A stretch of DNA of 64,000 nt from assembly GCF_009914755.1 (NCBI RefSeq), contig NC_060929.1; one strand, 5' to 3'. The notes beneath the pieces are model-generated. The model was given only the letters and a program-made list of their open reading frames with translations, was not told the DNA's origin and made no database searches. The stretch's first letter is position 1, and every line of letters starts with the position of its first letter. A program made the translations under genes and the position numbers. This stretch comes from the human T2T-CHM13v2.0 reference genome, Homo sapiens. Below, piece after piece: positions 17,710 through 31,100 of the stretch.

Positions 17710-17868
17710 CAGTGGTTTCTTCTCAGTGGTTCTCAAACAGTAGCGTGTATCAGAATGCTGTGCAGAGCTAATAGAAACTATTGAGGCCAGGCTTCATGAA
17801 TAAGGTCTTTGTATTTTACCAAGTTTCCCCACAGGCTTCTGGTTCACACAAAAATTTGAGGCTAGCTG
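17710..17868. mobile_element. MER5-family, degenerate
   Basis: CAGTGGTTCTCAAA..TATCAGAAT..GTATTTTACCAAG..AAATTTGAG. Confidence 0.6.
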
Positions 17869-18083
17869 TCTCCCATTATTTGTTATTATTTTCTGACTAT
17901 GGCCTGGGTCCTTCATTGAATTAGAAGTCCATGCAGGACAAAGACACAGCATATGATTACAATAGAGTTATTGGTGATGATGAAGATAGTGATGTGATAC
18001 ATTTGCTTCACTTTACATCCTTACATTCCTGGGATTTTCATTCTTCTTTGTGTCCTGCAATAAATCTGTTACCCAGTCTTCAA

Positions 18084-18260
18084 CAGGGCCAGCTCTGTGG
18101 GCATGCACTCTGAGCAGTTGTATGGGGCCGCATGCTAAGAACAGCCATAAATTTGGTTTAAAGCCCCGCTCTCATCTCAGTGAAATTGTTACTAATTTTT
18201 AAATAATAGACCCAGGTTTTCATTTTGCACTGGGCTTTGTAAATTAAACAGCCAGTCCTA
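18084..18260 (+). mobile_element. MER45A-like (hAT-Tip100)
   Basis: CAGGGCCAGCT..TTTCATTTTGCACTGGGC..CAGTCCT, ~178 bp. Confidence 0.75.
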
Positions 18261-18469
18261 GTCCCGTAGACTCATTTGTTTCAGATGCATTACTTTCTCT
18301 GTACCCTGTCTGCATCCACTCTGGCCCCAGGTGCTGTTATCTCATGCCCAGGCAGCTGCATCATTGTTTGCCCTTCCCCTAGTCACTTCTCACCCCAGAG
18401 CATGCTCAGCATGCCAGCTAGTGGCCCTGAAACAACTGATCAATTTTCATTGATATGAAAAGTAATAAG

Positions 18470-18905
18470 GGACATGGGTAGTGGAACTGTAAATCAAGGC
18501 AGACAATTGGCAATTTTTCCTAAAATTTTAAATTCACATAACCCACGAGCCAGCAATTTTATCTTAGAAACATCCTGTAGGAGCAAATTGCTTGCGATTT
18601 TACAGATGTTCATTGCATTGTCTATTAAAGCAAAAGATTACAAGCAAACTAAATGTCCATAAATAGAAAACTAGCTAAATTTATACATATACAGATACAT
18701 ATATATCTATATATGCCTGTACATGCATAAAATACTTCAAGAAGTATATGCAGGAAACTGGGAGTAGCTGCTGTCTCTGAAGAAAGAAAACTGGGGCTGG
18801 GTGAATAATCACCTGTTATTTTATGTCTTTTTGCTTTGTTTGAATTTTTTTCTTAATTTGCCACATGTATTATTTTTCAGTCACAAAATTAAATTCAATT
18901 TTTAA
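18470..18905 (+). mobile_element. Old L1ME 3' fragment
   Basis: GATGTTCATTGCA..AACTAAATGTCCATAAATAG; L1ME-like tail TGTTTGAATTTTT..CATGTATTA. Confidence 0.65.
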
Positions 18906-18935
18906 AATGTAGTACGGCTTGATTGAAACTTCTCA

Positions 18936-19225
<290 letters not shown>

Positions 19226-19244
19226 GTTCTACTTATTATAGTAC

Positions 19245-19644
19245 TGTCTTGGCACAATCTGTGTTGCCATAACAAAGTACCCAAGACTGGGTAATTTAGA
19301 AAGAAAAGAGGTTTATTTAGCTCATTATTCAAATGGCTGGGAAGTTCATGATTGAGGGGCCAGCACCTGGGCAGCTTTGGCAAGGGCCTTGTACTGTGTC
19401 ATACCATGGTGGAAAAGCAGAAGGGGAAGTGGATGTGTGCAAGAGGCCACCTGGCTTTACAACAACCTGTTCTCATGGGAGCCAATCCATCCCTGTGAGA
19501 ACTAACACAGTCTCTCAAGAAAGGCATTAATCTATCTTAATGACCTAATCACATCTTAAAGACACTACCTCTAAACACCGCCATACTGGGGACCAAGACT
19601 CAACATGAATTTTGGTGGGGACAAACCATATTCAAACCAGAGCA
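19245..19644 (-). mobile_element. MST-family MaLR solo LTR
   Basis: GACTGGGTAATTTAGAAAGAAAAGAGGTTTATTTAGCTCA..CAACATGAATTTTGGTGGGGACAAAC. Confidence 0.85.
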
Positions 19645-19986
19645 AATATCCCAAACTGGGAATTACCCAAATGTCCATCAATAATTGAATGGATAAATAT
19701 ATTACGGTGTAGTCACACAACGGAATGCTGTACACTAATGAAAACAAATAATCTACCATTAAACTGCACAGTTAATTATTTTTATTTTATATTTTTGGAA
19801 CTGCTTAAATTTCATTTTTAAAATTTTGCCACATATATTACTTTTTCGATCACAAATTAAATTAAAAATTTTAAATGTATTAGAGCCTGATTGTTCTCAG
19901 AAACCTGAAAGAAGACAGATATGAAAGAATATATATTGTGTGATTCCATTTATATAAAAGGAAAAATAAAAGTCAAAATCTATATG

Positions 19987-20298
19987 TGTCTGGGCACAGT
20001 GGCTCACACCTGTAATCCCAGAACTTTTAGAGGCTGAGGCAGGTGGATCACCTGAGGTCAAGAGTTCGAGACCAGCCTGCACAACATGGTGAAACCCCAT
20101 CTCTACTAAAAATGTAAAAATTAGCTGGGCGTGGTGGCGGGTGCCTATAATCCTAACTTCTCAGGAGGCTGAGGCAGGACAATCACTTGAACCCAGGAGG
20201 TAGCTGTTGCAGTGAGCCAAGATCACACCACTGTACTCCAGCCTGGGTGACAGAGCAAGACTCCATCTCAAAACAACAACAACAAAAAAACAAACAAA
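19987..20298 (+). mobile_element. Alu (AluSx/Sz-like), (CAA)n tail
   Basis: Full dimeric Alu; no TSD of its own visible. Confidence 0.95.
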
Positions 20299-20304
20299 CC
20301 CACT

Positions 20305-21279
20305 TGCTGTCAAAAGAATCTGAACAGACATTTCTCAAAAGAAGAGATACGAACAGCCATCAGATATATGAAAAAAGTGCTCAACACCTCTAATCACTAG
20401 GGAAATGCAAATTAAAACCAGAGTGAGATATCACCTTATACCTGTTAGAATGGGTAATATCAAAAAGACAAATAATAACAAGCATTGGCAAGGTGGGGAT
20501 GAAAAGAAAACCCTTGTACACTGTTGGTGGGAATGTAAATCAGTGCAGCCATCTCAGAAAACAGCATGAATGCTCCTCAAAAAATTAAAAATAAAATTAC
20601 CATATAATACAGCAATCTCACTGCCAAGTATATATCCAAAAGAATTGAAATCACTCTGTCAAGGAGATATCTGCACTCATTTCAGCATAATTCACAATAG
20701 CCAAGATACGGAACCAACCTAAGTGTCCATCAATAGATAGATGGAAAAAGAAAATGTGGTATAAATATACATGGAATACTATACAGCCTTTAAAAAGAAG
20801 GAAATTCTATCATTCGAGACAACATAGATGGAACTGGAGGACATTATGGTAAGTGAAATAAGCCAGGCACAGAAAGACAAATTTCTTTGAGACTATATGA
20901 TCTCATTTATATGTGTAATCTTAGAAAGTCTATCTCATGGAAACACAGAGTAAAAGTGGTCACCAGGGGCTGATGGAGAGGGAGAGAGATGGGGAAAGGA
21001 AAGATGTTGATCAAAAGGTACAAAGTTTTGTACCTTTGGAGGAATACATTTTAGTAATCTGTTGCATGCACGGTAACCACAGCTGATAATAATGTATTGT
21101 ATATTTCAAAATGGCTTAAAAAAAATAGATTCTTAATGTTCTTACCACAAAAAAAGTTAGTGAGATTATATGTTAATTAACTTGATTGACTCATTCTATA
21201 ATATATACATAAATCAAAACATCCCATTGTATACCATAAATATACACAATTATTATTTGCCAATTAAAAATAAATTGTA
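20305..21279 (+). mobile_element. L1MA-type 3' fragment (end of ORF2 plus 3'UTR)
   Basis: GAACAGACATTTCTCAAAAGAAGA, GAAATGCAAATTAAAACCA; L1MA 3'UTR ending CAATTAAAAATAAA. Confidence 0.88.
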
Positions 21280-21280
21280 G

Positions 21281-21638
<358 letters not shown>

Positions 21639-21771
21639 CTAGAGGGGGAATATGTCAGGGACGTGGGGATAATGACTTATCCCTTTATCTGAATACTTAT
21701 TGCAGAGTTGTGTACACTCTGTGAAAATTCAAGCTGTACACTTATGCCATGTGCAGCATTCTGTACCATTG

Positions 21772-23196
21772 TGGGTCCGTAATTGGTGGGTTCTTGGTCT
21801 CACTAACTTTAAGAACCAAGCCGCGGACCCTCGCGGTGAGTGTTACAGCTCTTACAGTGGTGTGTCTGGAGTTTATTCCTTCTGATGTTCGGATGCGTTC
21901 AGTTTCTTCCTTCTGGTGGGTTCGTAGTCTCGCTGGCTCAAGAGTGAAGCTGCAGACCTTCGCAGTGACTGTTACAGCTCTTAAGGCGGCGAGTCTGGAG
22001 TTGTTCGTTCCTCCCGGTGGTCTCGTGGTCTCGCTGGCTTCAGGCGTGAAGCTGCAGACCTTTGCGGTGAGTGTTACAGCTCATAAAAGCAGTGTGGACC
22101 CAAAATGAGCAGTAGCAAAATTTATTGCAAAAAGCGAAAGATCAAGCTTCCACAGTGTGGAAGGGAACCCAAGCGGGTTGCCACTGCTGGCTCGGGCAGC
22201 CTGCTTTTATCCTCTTATCTGGCCCCCACCCACGTCCTGCTGATTGGTAGAGCCAAGTGGTCTGTTTTGACAGGGAGCTGATTGGTGCGTTTACAATCCC
22301 TGAGCTAGACACAAAGGTTCTCCACGTCCCCACTAGATTAACTAGGTACAGAGTGTCCACACAAAGGTTCTCCAAGGCCCCACCAGAGTAGCTAGATACA
22401 GTGTCGATTGGTGCATTCACAAACCCTGAGCTAGACACAGGGTGCTGATTGGTGTGTTTACAAACCTTGAGCTAGATACAGAGTGCCCATTGGTGTATTT
22501 ACAATCCCTGAGCTAGACATAAAGGTTCTCCATGTCCCCACCAGACTCAGGAGCCCAGCTGGCTTCACCCAGTGGATCCCGTACGGCGGCTGCAGGTAAA
22601 GCTGCCTGCCAGTCCTGCGCCATGCGCCCGCACTCCTCAGCCCTTGGGTGGTCGATGGGACTGGGCGCCGTGGAGCAGGGGGCGGCGCTCATCGGGGAGG
22701 CTCGGGACGCCCAGGAGCCCATGGAGGGGGTGGGAGGCTCAGGCATGGCGGGCTGCAGGTCCCGAGCCCTGCCCCGCGGGAAGGCAGCTAAGGCCCGGTG
22801 AGAAATCGAGAGCAGCGCCGGTGGGCTGGCACTGCTGAGGGACCCAGTACACCCTCCTCAGCCGCTGGCCCGGGTGCTAAGCCCCTCATTGCCCGGGGCT
22901 GGCAGGGCCGGCCGGCGGCTCCGAGTGCGGGGGCCCGCCAAGCCCACGCCCACCCGGAACTCCAGCTGGCCCGCAAGCGCCGCGCGCAGTCCGGGTTCCT
23001 GCTCGCGCCTCTCCCTCCACACCTCGCTGCAAGCTGAGGGAGCCAGCTCCGGCCTTGGCCAGCCCAGAAAGTGGCTCCCACAGTGCAGCGGTGGGCTGAA
23101 GGGCTCCTCGAGTGCCGCCAAAGTGGGAGCCCAGGCAGAGGAGGCGCCCAGAGCGAGCGAGGGCTGTGAGGACTGCCAGTACGCTGTCACCTCTCA
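21772..23196 (-). mobile_element. LTR12C (ERV9) solo LTR, CpG-rich
   Basis: Minus strand starts TGAGAGGTGACAGCGTACTGGCAGTCCTCACAGCCC; U3 tandem repeats; U5 repeats; 4-bp TSD ATTG at 21768-21771 and 23197-23200. Confidence 0.96.
22195..22520 (-). promoter_or_regulatory. ERV9 U3 enhancer/promoter: five CCAAT (NF-Y) boxes plus core promoter
   Basis: ATTGG on + at 22243, 22281, 22407, 22448 and 22489; AGATAA GATA motif; core box reads GGATAAAAG. Confidence 0.7.
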
Positions 23197-23965
23197 ATTG
23201 CATTAAAATTTTTTGAAAGATCCAAAGGTCTGATAAAAGACACGGACATATGTATGTAAGAATGTAATATATGTATGTGTGCCTACATACCACACACACA
23301 GAACACTGCTTTTATAGAGGGCCTAATAAACTTAGCAAAAATATTTTAAAGCTGAGCACTGAAATTCCTTGTGCCCTCCTTGCTGACTTGCCCTTTCTCA
23401 TAATGTTATTTGAAGTCACACAAAATTTGGTATTTCGGTGTTTCAGCACATTTTTTTTTTCTCTCAGTGGAAGGAAAAAAAGAAAATGTCACATGAAGAC
23501 TTATATACCTCAAATGCAATTCTGCGAACAGTTCTTAATCATCCCCAGTTTTCATCTCTGAGCCAGTCTTCTTGACTGAGGGGACTTATTTTTAGATAGT
23601 TGTGCATTTGACAGTTGAGAATCCAGCCACTCCACCCTCCTCCCCTACCTCTCTGCCAGATCCTGCTCAGTTGGGAATTTACATTTTCCGCTGTCCCCCT
23701 AGGATTTTTAATGATGTTGGGAATTAGCTGATGTGGAAAGCACAACCATAGAATTGGACAAAAACTGATGTTTGCAATGGAACATTTAGAAACTAAAACA
23801 ATGACCATTTAATTTAAAACTGAGGCTTCAGGAATGAGAAATGAGCTATGAAGTTTTCACCTCCAAGTCACTAGATCAAGTTACAATTCTAAGCCCTAAA
23901 AAATATTAGTCCCCAAATTAAGTATCGGTTTAGAAAAATCAAGCACCCAACTTTATACTATAAGT

Positions 23966-24214
23966 CAATGGCTCTCAAAGTGTGTTCCCCAGACCAGCAG
24001 CCGCAGCAGCAGCAGCAGCAACCCCCACGAACTTGTTAGAAATGCACATTCACAGGCCTACCCTGGACCTACTGGATCAGAAACTCTAGGTGTTGGCAAA
24101 CGCTATTGGGGAACAATATGAAAATAATTAAGTGTATCAGAAACAGCACTGCAACCGGTGTTTCAACGTGCCCTTGAGGTGATTATGATGCATAGTAAAG
24201 TCTGAGAACCACTG
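23966..24214. mobile_element. MER5A with expanded (CAG)n and 60-bp foreign insert
   Basis: CTCTCAAAGTGTG..CCAGACCAGCAG..GAACTTGTTAGAAATGCA..TGAGAACCACTG. Confidence 0.88.
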
Positions 24215-25174
24215 CTCTAAATAAGTGTTCTTTCATAAAGAGTTAAAACGTAATCATTGTGCTGCATCATGCAGTTGCATTTTCCACATATTTAAATAAG
24301 TGTAATAGAATATTCGCTAGCATTTGCTTTTCCTGAATTTCCCAACAGGCCAGACACAGTTCAAGAATTATCTGGCAACACAAACACCTTTAAGCACAAA
24401 GGTAGGGATGTGAGTGGATATGGAGTGTGTCTGCATGCACGTGTACATGCTTGCATTGGGCAATGGAGCCACAGCAGCCTGCCTCTGTACATGCTGGTGT
24501 CCACTGTAACCTGCAATTATTTCATTTGCTTAGGTTTGAAAAGTAATTTTTCAAAACTCTGCCTACCACCTAAAGACTTGTGGGAACACCCAAAAATAGA
24601 TCTGTAAGTCCATAAATATGGTCCCATTAAATTCAAGGCAGCAAGTGAAAGCTTAATTTTTTTTCAGAGGAAATTGTGAATGCTGGAAAAAGCTCCCAGA
24701 TAGGATTTCGAAGATAATCAACATAACGCCTTTGAAGAAAACCGACTTGAGCTAAAGAGACAGAAGCACTGAATCTAATACCCCATGGAAAAAACTCCAT
24801 CATTTAAGTTTAGATTTAAGCATTTACTGAGCATCCATATGTGTAAGGATCTGTGATAGTATTTTACGCAGTGTGAAGAGCAGTCTTCTGATGGGACGGT
24901 ACATCCCGACCTCCTTGGAAATATAATTCCCTTGTAACAGGAGGGCTGTTATGGCAAATGACAGAAAATCACCATGAATTTGCTTAAGCAAAATTTTAAA
25001 AAGAAAAAGGGGAGGAAAGGAAGAAGAGAAAGGCATTGAGATTGTATTGGCTCATCAAACCAAACTTTGGAGAGATTAAGGCTGGAATATACATAACAAA
25101 AGTTTAGAACCAGCAACTCAAACAACATGCATCTACTTCTGTTATGGTTAGTATTACTCTATTTCTCTCTCTTG

Positions 25175-25670
25175 TTTAACTGCTTTATTGAGATATAATT
25201 TGCATGCCATACATCTGACCCACTTAAAGTGTACAATTTAATGACTTTAGTATAATCACAGAGTTTTGCACCTGTCATGATAATAAATTTTAGGATATTT
25301 TCATTACTCCATAAAGAAACCTTTCACCCCTTAGCCATCAACCCTCCCCAAAACCTTACCATCACTCCCACTTCTAGGTAACCTCTAGTTTATGTTCCAT
25401 CTCAACAGGTTTGTGTTTTCTGAATATTTCATATAAATGAAATCATAAAATACATGATCTTTTATGACTGGCTTATTTCACCTAGCATAATGTTTTTAAA
25501 GTGCATCCATGTTGTAGCATGTGTCAGTAATTCATTCCTTTTAATGACTGAATAATATTCATTGTTATGGATATGCCAATTTTTATCTATTCATCAGTTG
25601 ACAGACATTTGGGTTACTTTCGCTTTTTGACTATTAGAAAAATTGCTGGCAGTACTTTCATAAAACAGTT
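25175..25670 (-). mobile_element. L1MB-type 3' end
   Basis: GCTTTATTGAGATATAATT..AAAGTGTACAATT..CATCCATGTTGTAGCATG. Confidence 0.85.
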
Positions 25671-25787
25671 TCTCTAGGTGGCAGGAATCTAGTCATCACC
25701 AGTCCTATGTTCACACCAAGTCCCTAATAACTTCCCAATCAGAAGTAAAATCTTCCCTACAGATTTCAGATTGAAAAAAGAAACAGG

Positions 25788-26066
25788 TGGGCCTGTAATC
25801 CCAGCACTGTAGGAGGCCAAGGTGGGCAGATCACCTGCGGTCAGGAGTTCAAGACCAGCCTGGCCAACATGGGGAAACCCCAGCTCTACTAAAACTACAA
25901 AAAGTAGCTGGGTATGGTGGCACATGCCTGAAATCCCAGCTGCTCCAAAGACTGAGGCAAGAGAATCGCTTGAACCTTGGAGGCAGAAGTTTCAGGGAGC
26001 CAAAATTGTGTCCCTGCACTCCAGCCTGAGCAACAGAGTGAGGCTCTGTCTCAAAAAAAAGAAAAG
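25788..26066 (+). mobile_element. Alu, slightly 5'-truncated
   Basis: TSD AAAAAGAAACAGG on both sides. Confidence 0.93.
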
Positions 26067-27127
26067 AAAAAGAAACAGGGAGGAAGTATGTCTAGGCTGA
26101 CTCAGTGCAACTCTCGACCAACTTAACTAAGGGGCCAGAGAGAAGGAAGCACCTAACAAGACAGCCACTCCTATTCAGATCACTTGTTTAGAGCGGATGA
26201 TTGTTGTTTCCTGAAAGGAGTAAGGGGTAGCATAGACATGGTTACTATGGAAACTTTTAGTTGGGCAGCTTCTTCCATTTTTGTCTAGCTCTTTTCTGCA
26301 TATTCCCTGTACCTCAGGCATATGAAGTCGACAAACTTGACATCTTGAGATGTGAAACCATAAAGCTACCAGCTCTACAGTCCTTCAGAAAGACCCTAGA
26401 GAGTTCTCAAGAACAAAGTACATGAGGTGGGTCCAGATTTAAAAGCAAAGAGAATACACAACGTAAAAGGAATTCATCCAGTTAGTCAACTATCAGATAT
26501 TTATTACTTATTTATGTACTATGAGTTAGATACCATTGTAGGTAACAAAGCAAATAAGATCCATGAAATGATTTGGGGGCTGAAGTGATCTTGCTAAGAA
26601 TTTATTTTCTTTCTTGCTCTTTCTTCTGCTTCTCTTCTTAACTCATGGTGGCCTGTGAGTGTACAGGTTTGACACAGTGGGCCTCAGGGTTTTAAAGTTG
26701 TGAATTTTTTCCACTGTCAATTATCCAAGTTTGTTCTCTTCCATGGCATCAAAATGCAACAAGCTCTTCAAGACTAGGCTTTGGACCAGGAGAGAGAACA
26801 AAGAACTCTCAAACCTGGAACAAATCCATGCTGGAAAACCATGCAAAGGTTACCAGTCACTAGGGTTTTTGTTTTGTTTTGTTTTTATCAAAGGTAAGAA
26901 TTGAATTTAGGAGGAATTTCAAGAAGTTAAAGACCTTAGAATATGTGGTTCTGACTCCACACTGTTGCATTTCCCTTGGGACTCTGTCACCACCCCCATT
27001 ATTCCCCTGAGAAAGAGTCCTCTTTAAAAGCCTGGATAAGCTCAGACAAAACCTTTAATAAATGTGAGTTGGCAAATGCTATTTGGGAACAACATGAAAA
27101 AAAGTAAATGTATCAGAAATAGCATTG

Positions 27128-27685
27128 GCTCTGAAGCTCATCAAAACTGTTGTAGCACTTCCTATCTGTGGGAGGCTGGAAAAGTCATTTATATTCTTTT
27201 AAATTCTTTTTTCTCTTCTGGAAAATAAGGGTAATAATACTTATCTTGGGCCAGGCATGGCAGCTTCTGCCTATAATTCCAATGTTTTGAAAGTCCTAGG
27301 TGGAAGGATCACTTGAGGCCAGGAGTTTGAAAGCAGCCTAGACTTCATAGCAAGACACCATCTCTACAAAAAATACATACACATTTTTCATTTATATATA
27401 AATAATATATAATATATAATTGTATATTTTAAATATATTTTTATAATATATAAAATATATATATATATTTAAAATATGTATTTTAGTCCCAGCTACTCAG
27501 GAGGCTGAGGCAGGAGGATCACTTGAGCCCAGGAGTTTTCAAGGTTACAGTGAGCTATGATCATGCCACTGCACTCCAGCGTAGGTTATAGAGCAAGACT
27601 CTATCTCTTAAAAATAAAAAAAATAAATAAATAAAATATAATACTTATCCCATAGGCTTATATTGAGGGTTAAATAAGATTTATT
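27128..27685 (+). mobile_element. MIR split by AluJ
   Basis: AAGTCATTTA..AAAATAAGGGTAATAATACTTATC|CCATAGG..GAGGGTTAAATAAGAT. Confidence 0.6.
27249..27636 (+). mobile_element. AluJ with AT-rich expansion at the central linker
   Basis: Both arms present; TSD ATAATACTTATC. Confidence 0.9.
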
Positions 27686-27842
27686 CACTTGACAAACGTA
27701 TACTGAGTGCCTATTAAGTGTCAGACACTGTTTTAGATATAGCAATACATACATACACAAAAATCATACCTTTATGGAGCTTACATTCCAGTAAGGGAAG
27801 ACAGACAATGAGCAATTAAATAGATAGAAAATTTGGGCTACA

Positions 27843-28179
27843 TATATTTTACTTAATATTTGCTGCTATAACAAAATACCTGAGACTGGGTAGTTTATAA
27901 AGAACAAAAATTTATTCCTCACGGTTCTGGAGGCTGAGAAGTCCAAGATCATAGCACCAACATCTGGTAAGGACTTCTTACAGTGTCCTCACATGGCAGA
28001 AGAGCAGAAGAGAGCAAACCCAACCCCACAAGCCCTTTAGATCGTGGCATTAATCCATTAATGAGGGCAGAGCCCTCATGACCTAAACACCTCTTACTAG
28101 GCCCCACCTCCCAACACAGTTGCATTGGAAATTAAGTTTCCAACACATAAATTTGGGGTGACATATTCAGATCATAGCA
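27843..28179 (-). mobile_element. MST/MLT1A-family solo LTR
   Basis: TGCTGCTATAACAAAATACCTGAGACTGGG..GAGGGCAGAGCCCTCATGACCTAA..CAGATCATAGCA. Confidence 0.85.
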
Positions 28180-31100
28180 ATGTGTGTAGCCATGTCTAAG
28201 AAGAAGAAAAATATATATATACATATAATAATTAAAATATATATATATAATTACTATCTGAAAGCCACCTGCAATTTGTAACTGTTGCTCAAGAATGTGC
28301 TTTTGGAGGAAGTTGACGCTTTTGTCTGTGAAGAGCATTTCAAGGGGGATTTCATTATCCAAAGGAAAAGGCCAAATCCCATTTCACAACTAAGACATTT
28401 TGGAGAATGAGGAGCTAGACTTCTATGCACAATAATTAAGACATTAAGACAGGTCTGGGACATTAAGACAGGTTGAGGGAAACTTGGCCTAAGTCTAGTG
28501 AGTACAGAGTTGAGGGAGTGGGGACAGCCCCTGACCAGGGTAGCAGACTGGGGCTCAGGAGGAAGCAACCAATCACTGATCCTTTGTGAAGGAGCTTGGT
28601 TTGTGTTTCCAGGAGTAGGAATGTCTGATATATAGTCTGAATTTTCCATCTTGGCATTGTAATTGTCTTCTGTTATTCTCAAGCTATTTGTAAAGTTTTA
28701 TCATACATTAAAAATTGGTAGGTAGTAACCATGCTTTCTGAGAAAAGGAGAAGAGTATTTGTTCATACCAAGAGTGCCTCAGGGTGGGGAGAAGCCAGAG
28801 GGCATTACAGAAATCAAAAAGTGTGAAGAGAAATGCCTGAAAGAGAAGTCTAATGTGAGAGATGACAAAAGCCAGATCAGAGGACTGAGGGTGCATTTTC
28901 TAGCAAGCACAAGATTACTAAGAAAGGGGAAACTCAGGAAGATGAGAACCTGTGGAATGGAGCATCGGGTTACATTTGTTGAGCATTTAAAAGAAACCCC
29001 AAAGGCAAGAGAATTTGGGAACTTTATGAGCACATATGTAACACTCTGGACACATAGTAGACACTCAATACATGTTCATTACCTTCCCTTCTTCCTTCTT
29101 CTTTATTTACATGATAAAATCATAAGAAAAAAATCAAAGATGTGAGAAAATATTCACCCGTCAAGGTAACGTGGAGCTACCAGAGTTAATTTGGATACAA
29201 GGCAATGTCAATTCACAATGTTTATAGAAATTTTCAAGGATTCTTGCTTCCTAACTTTCATTTTGCTGCCCCATGCAAATCCTTTTTTTCTTTTTGATAC
29301 GTAAGAGTCAGTGTCCAAACATCCTTTTCTTTGTCCCTGTTCAGGCTTCAAGTGAATTCTCACTGGTCAATCACTTCAACATCTCAGCTCAGTTCCGGTT
29401 CCTGGTTGTAAATGTCCTCCCTCCACATAATTAAGCATTATATTTGATGACTTGCCTGGTCTTATCTCTAAGACCAATCTTGCTTTTTAAATACAGGATA
29501 GCCTGACCATATGACCTGTATCCAAAGAATACTTCAGTAAACACAACCATACAGCTAATGTGCCAATAACACTATTATCGGGGTGGTGGTTCCGATAGAG
29601 TGTAGTGAAAATTATATTTTCTTTCCCGGTGCTTCCCTTGGCTCTTTATCCTTCATTTAAATGTTTCTCAGTGAAGCAGCACAAAATTTGGTTTCTCTCC
29701 TTTCCAGTATTTCTTTTTCTGCTCCCTTTGGTTGTGAGTTACCATTTACAGGTAAGACTGGAGATGGAGTTTGGCTATAGTTGCATAATTTCATCTGTTT
29801 AGCCTCATCACGAAGCATGCTGGAAAGATCTTAAACGTGGTGCACATTTTGCAGGCTAGTAAATACCTTGTGGTACTTTAATTTACTTTATAGCTTTTTT
29901 CCAAGCCTGGTGCTTGTCTGCAAGGGAAGAGTCAGCTCTTCCTCTAAGTGACGGAAATAAGCCATTCTCAAGTAGAAGGAATGCATATTTAAATTTATGA
30001 TAGCTGAACTTGGCTGCAACAGCCACATTCTTGTTCTGCTTGGAGCTTGGCAGGCCACCTAATACTTGTGCTTGGTCTGTAGACGAAGGAACTCTTTATT
30101 TTTCTTTGTTGGGATCTTACAAAGCTCAAAAATATATTTTCATTTGAGACTTTGATAGACCATACAAAGATGATGTGAACAGTCAAGTTTTGCCCAGCCT
30201 GACAAACCAGTGAAAAGAATGTATTTACAGTTTGTTTATGTTTCACTGCCATAAGACCGTCAAACATTTTCTTTATACAGAGGCTGATTTACAGTCAAAC
30301 TCTAACAGCAAATTATTTTATTCTAGACTATCTGTTCAATTGGTTCAGTATAGAAGTCTGGTTTTAACAGAAATAATGTTTTTAAAAGCATATAGGCCCA
30401 CAGTATAAGTGGTCTAGTTTAAAATCCAGAGATATTGCATTTATTTGGCTCAAGTCCACATCCTAAATCCTGGGGCAGAGTAGTGAATTAAACCAATCTT
30501 TCCTTCCATCTACCTCCACATATTCAAACACACTCACAAGAATGTTATCACAACATATCAGGAGGAAATTTTATTATAAGAAACACATGAGTCATCAGTA
30601 TTCTGCAACCTGTCAAGATAGACTGTTTTTTAGACTTTAACTCATTTAATAAGTAGTCATTTAAACATCTATTATGTACCAGATTCTGGAGATACATGTA
30701 GTAGCAAGCCAAAAGACAAATTTTGTATAATCCTGGAGCATTCTACAGGGAGGGCAGGGAGTGGGTGTGAAGCAGGAAGGCAATAATCAGATGACTATGT
30801 AATATAAAGTTAGCTAGCGGTTACAGCTTGGAAGAAAAGTTAGTTTCCACAAGAATCAAATGGGCACTTGTTTAAAATGCAGATACGTGAGTCCACCCAC
30901 ACTGAACTGGAGTATTCATTCTAACACCTCACACTGTAACCTGGAAAGTGTCTCCAATGCTACTTCCAGTTTGGTGAAAGTCTGGTTCATCTAGACAGCC
31001 CTGGCAAGGGAAAGTAAAGCACCGTCCATTGCAGCCTGCCCTCCACATGGTCATCTATGCTTAGTGGGTAATGATTAGTCCGAACTGATGATCAACCAGT

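Noticed and set aside
22260-22540. Repeated ~40-bp units that superficially resemble a CRISPR array
   Set aside because: ERV9 U3 tandem enhancer repeats; no unique spacers and no cas genes in a eukaryotic context
21749-23299. Cluster of overlapping GC-rich ORFs and CpG-island-like sequence
   Set aside because: Entirely explained by LTR12C; stop codons are rare in GC-rich DNA
23995-24021. (CAG)n run
   Set aside because: Short, interrupted expansion of the native CAGCAG in MER5A; non-coding
28759-29145. 128-aa ORF in unique sequence
   Set aside because: Non-ATG start, no recognisable domain, no supporting splice structure
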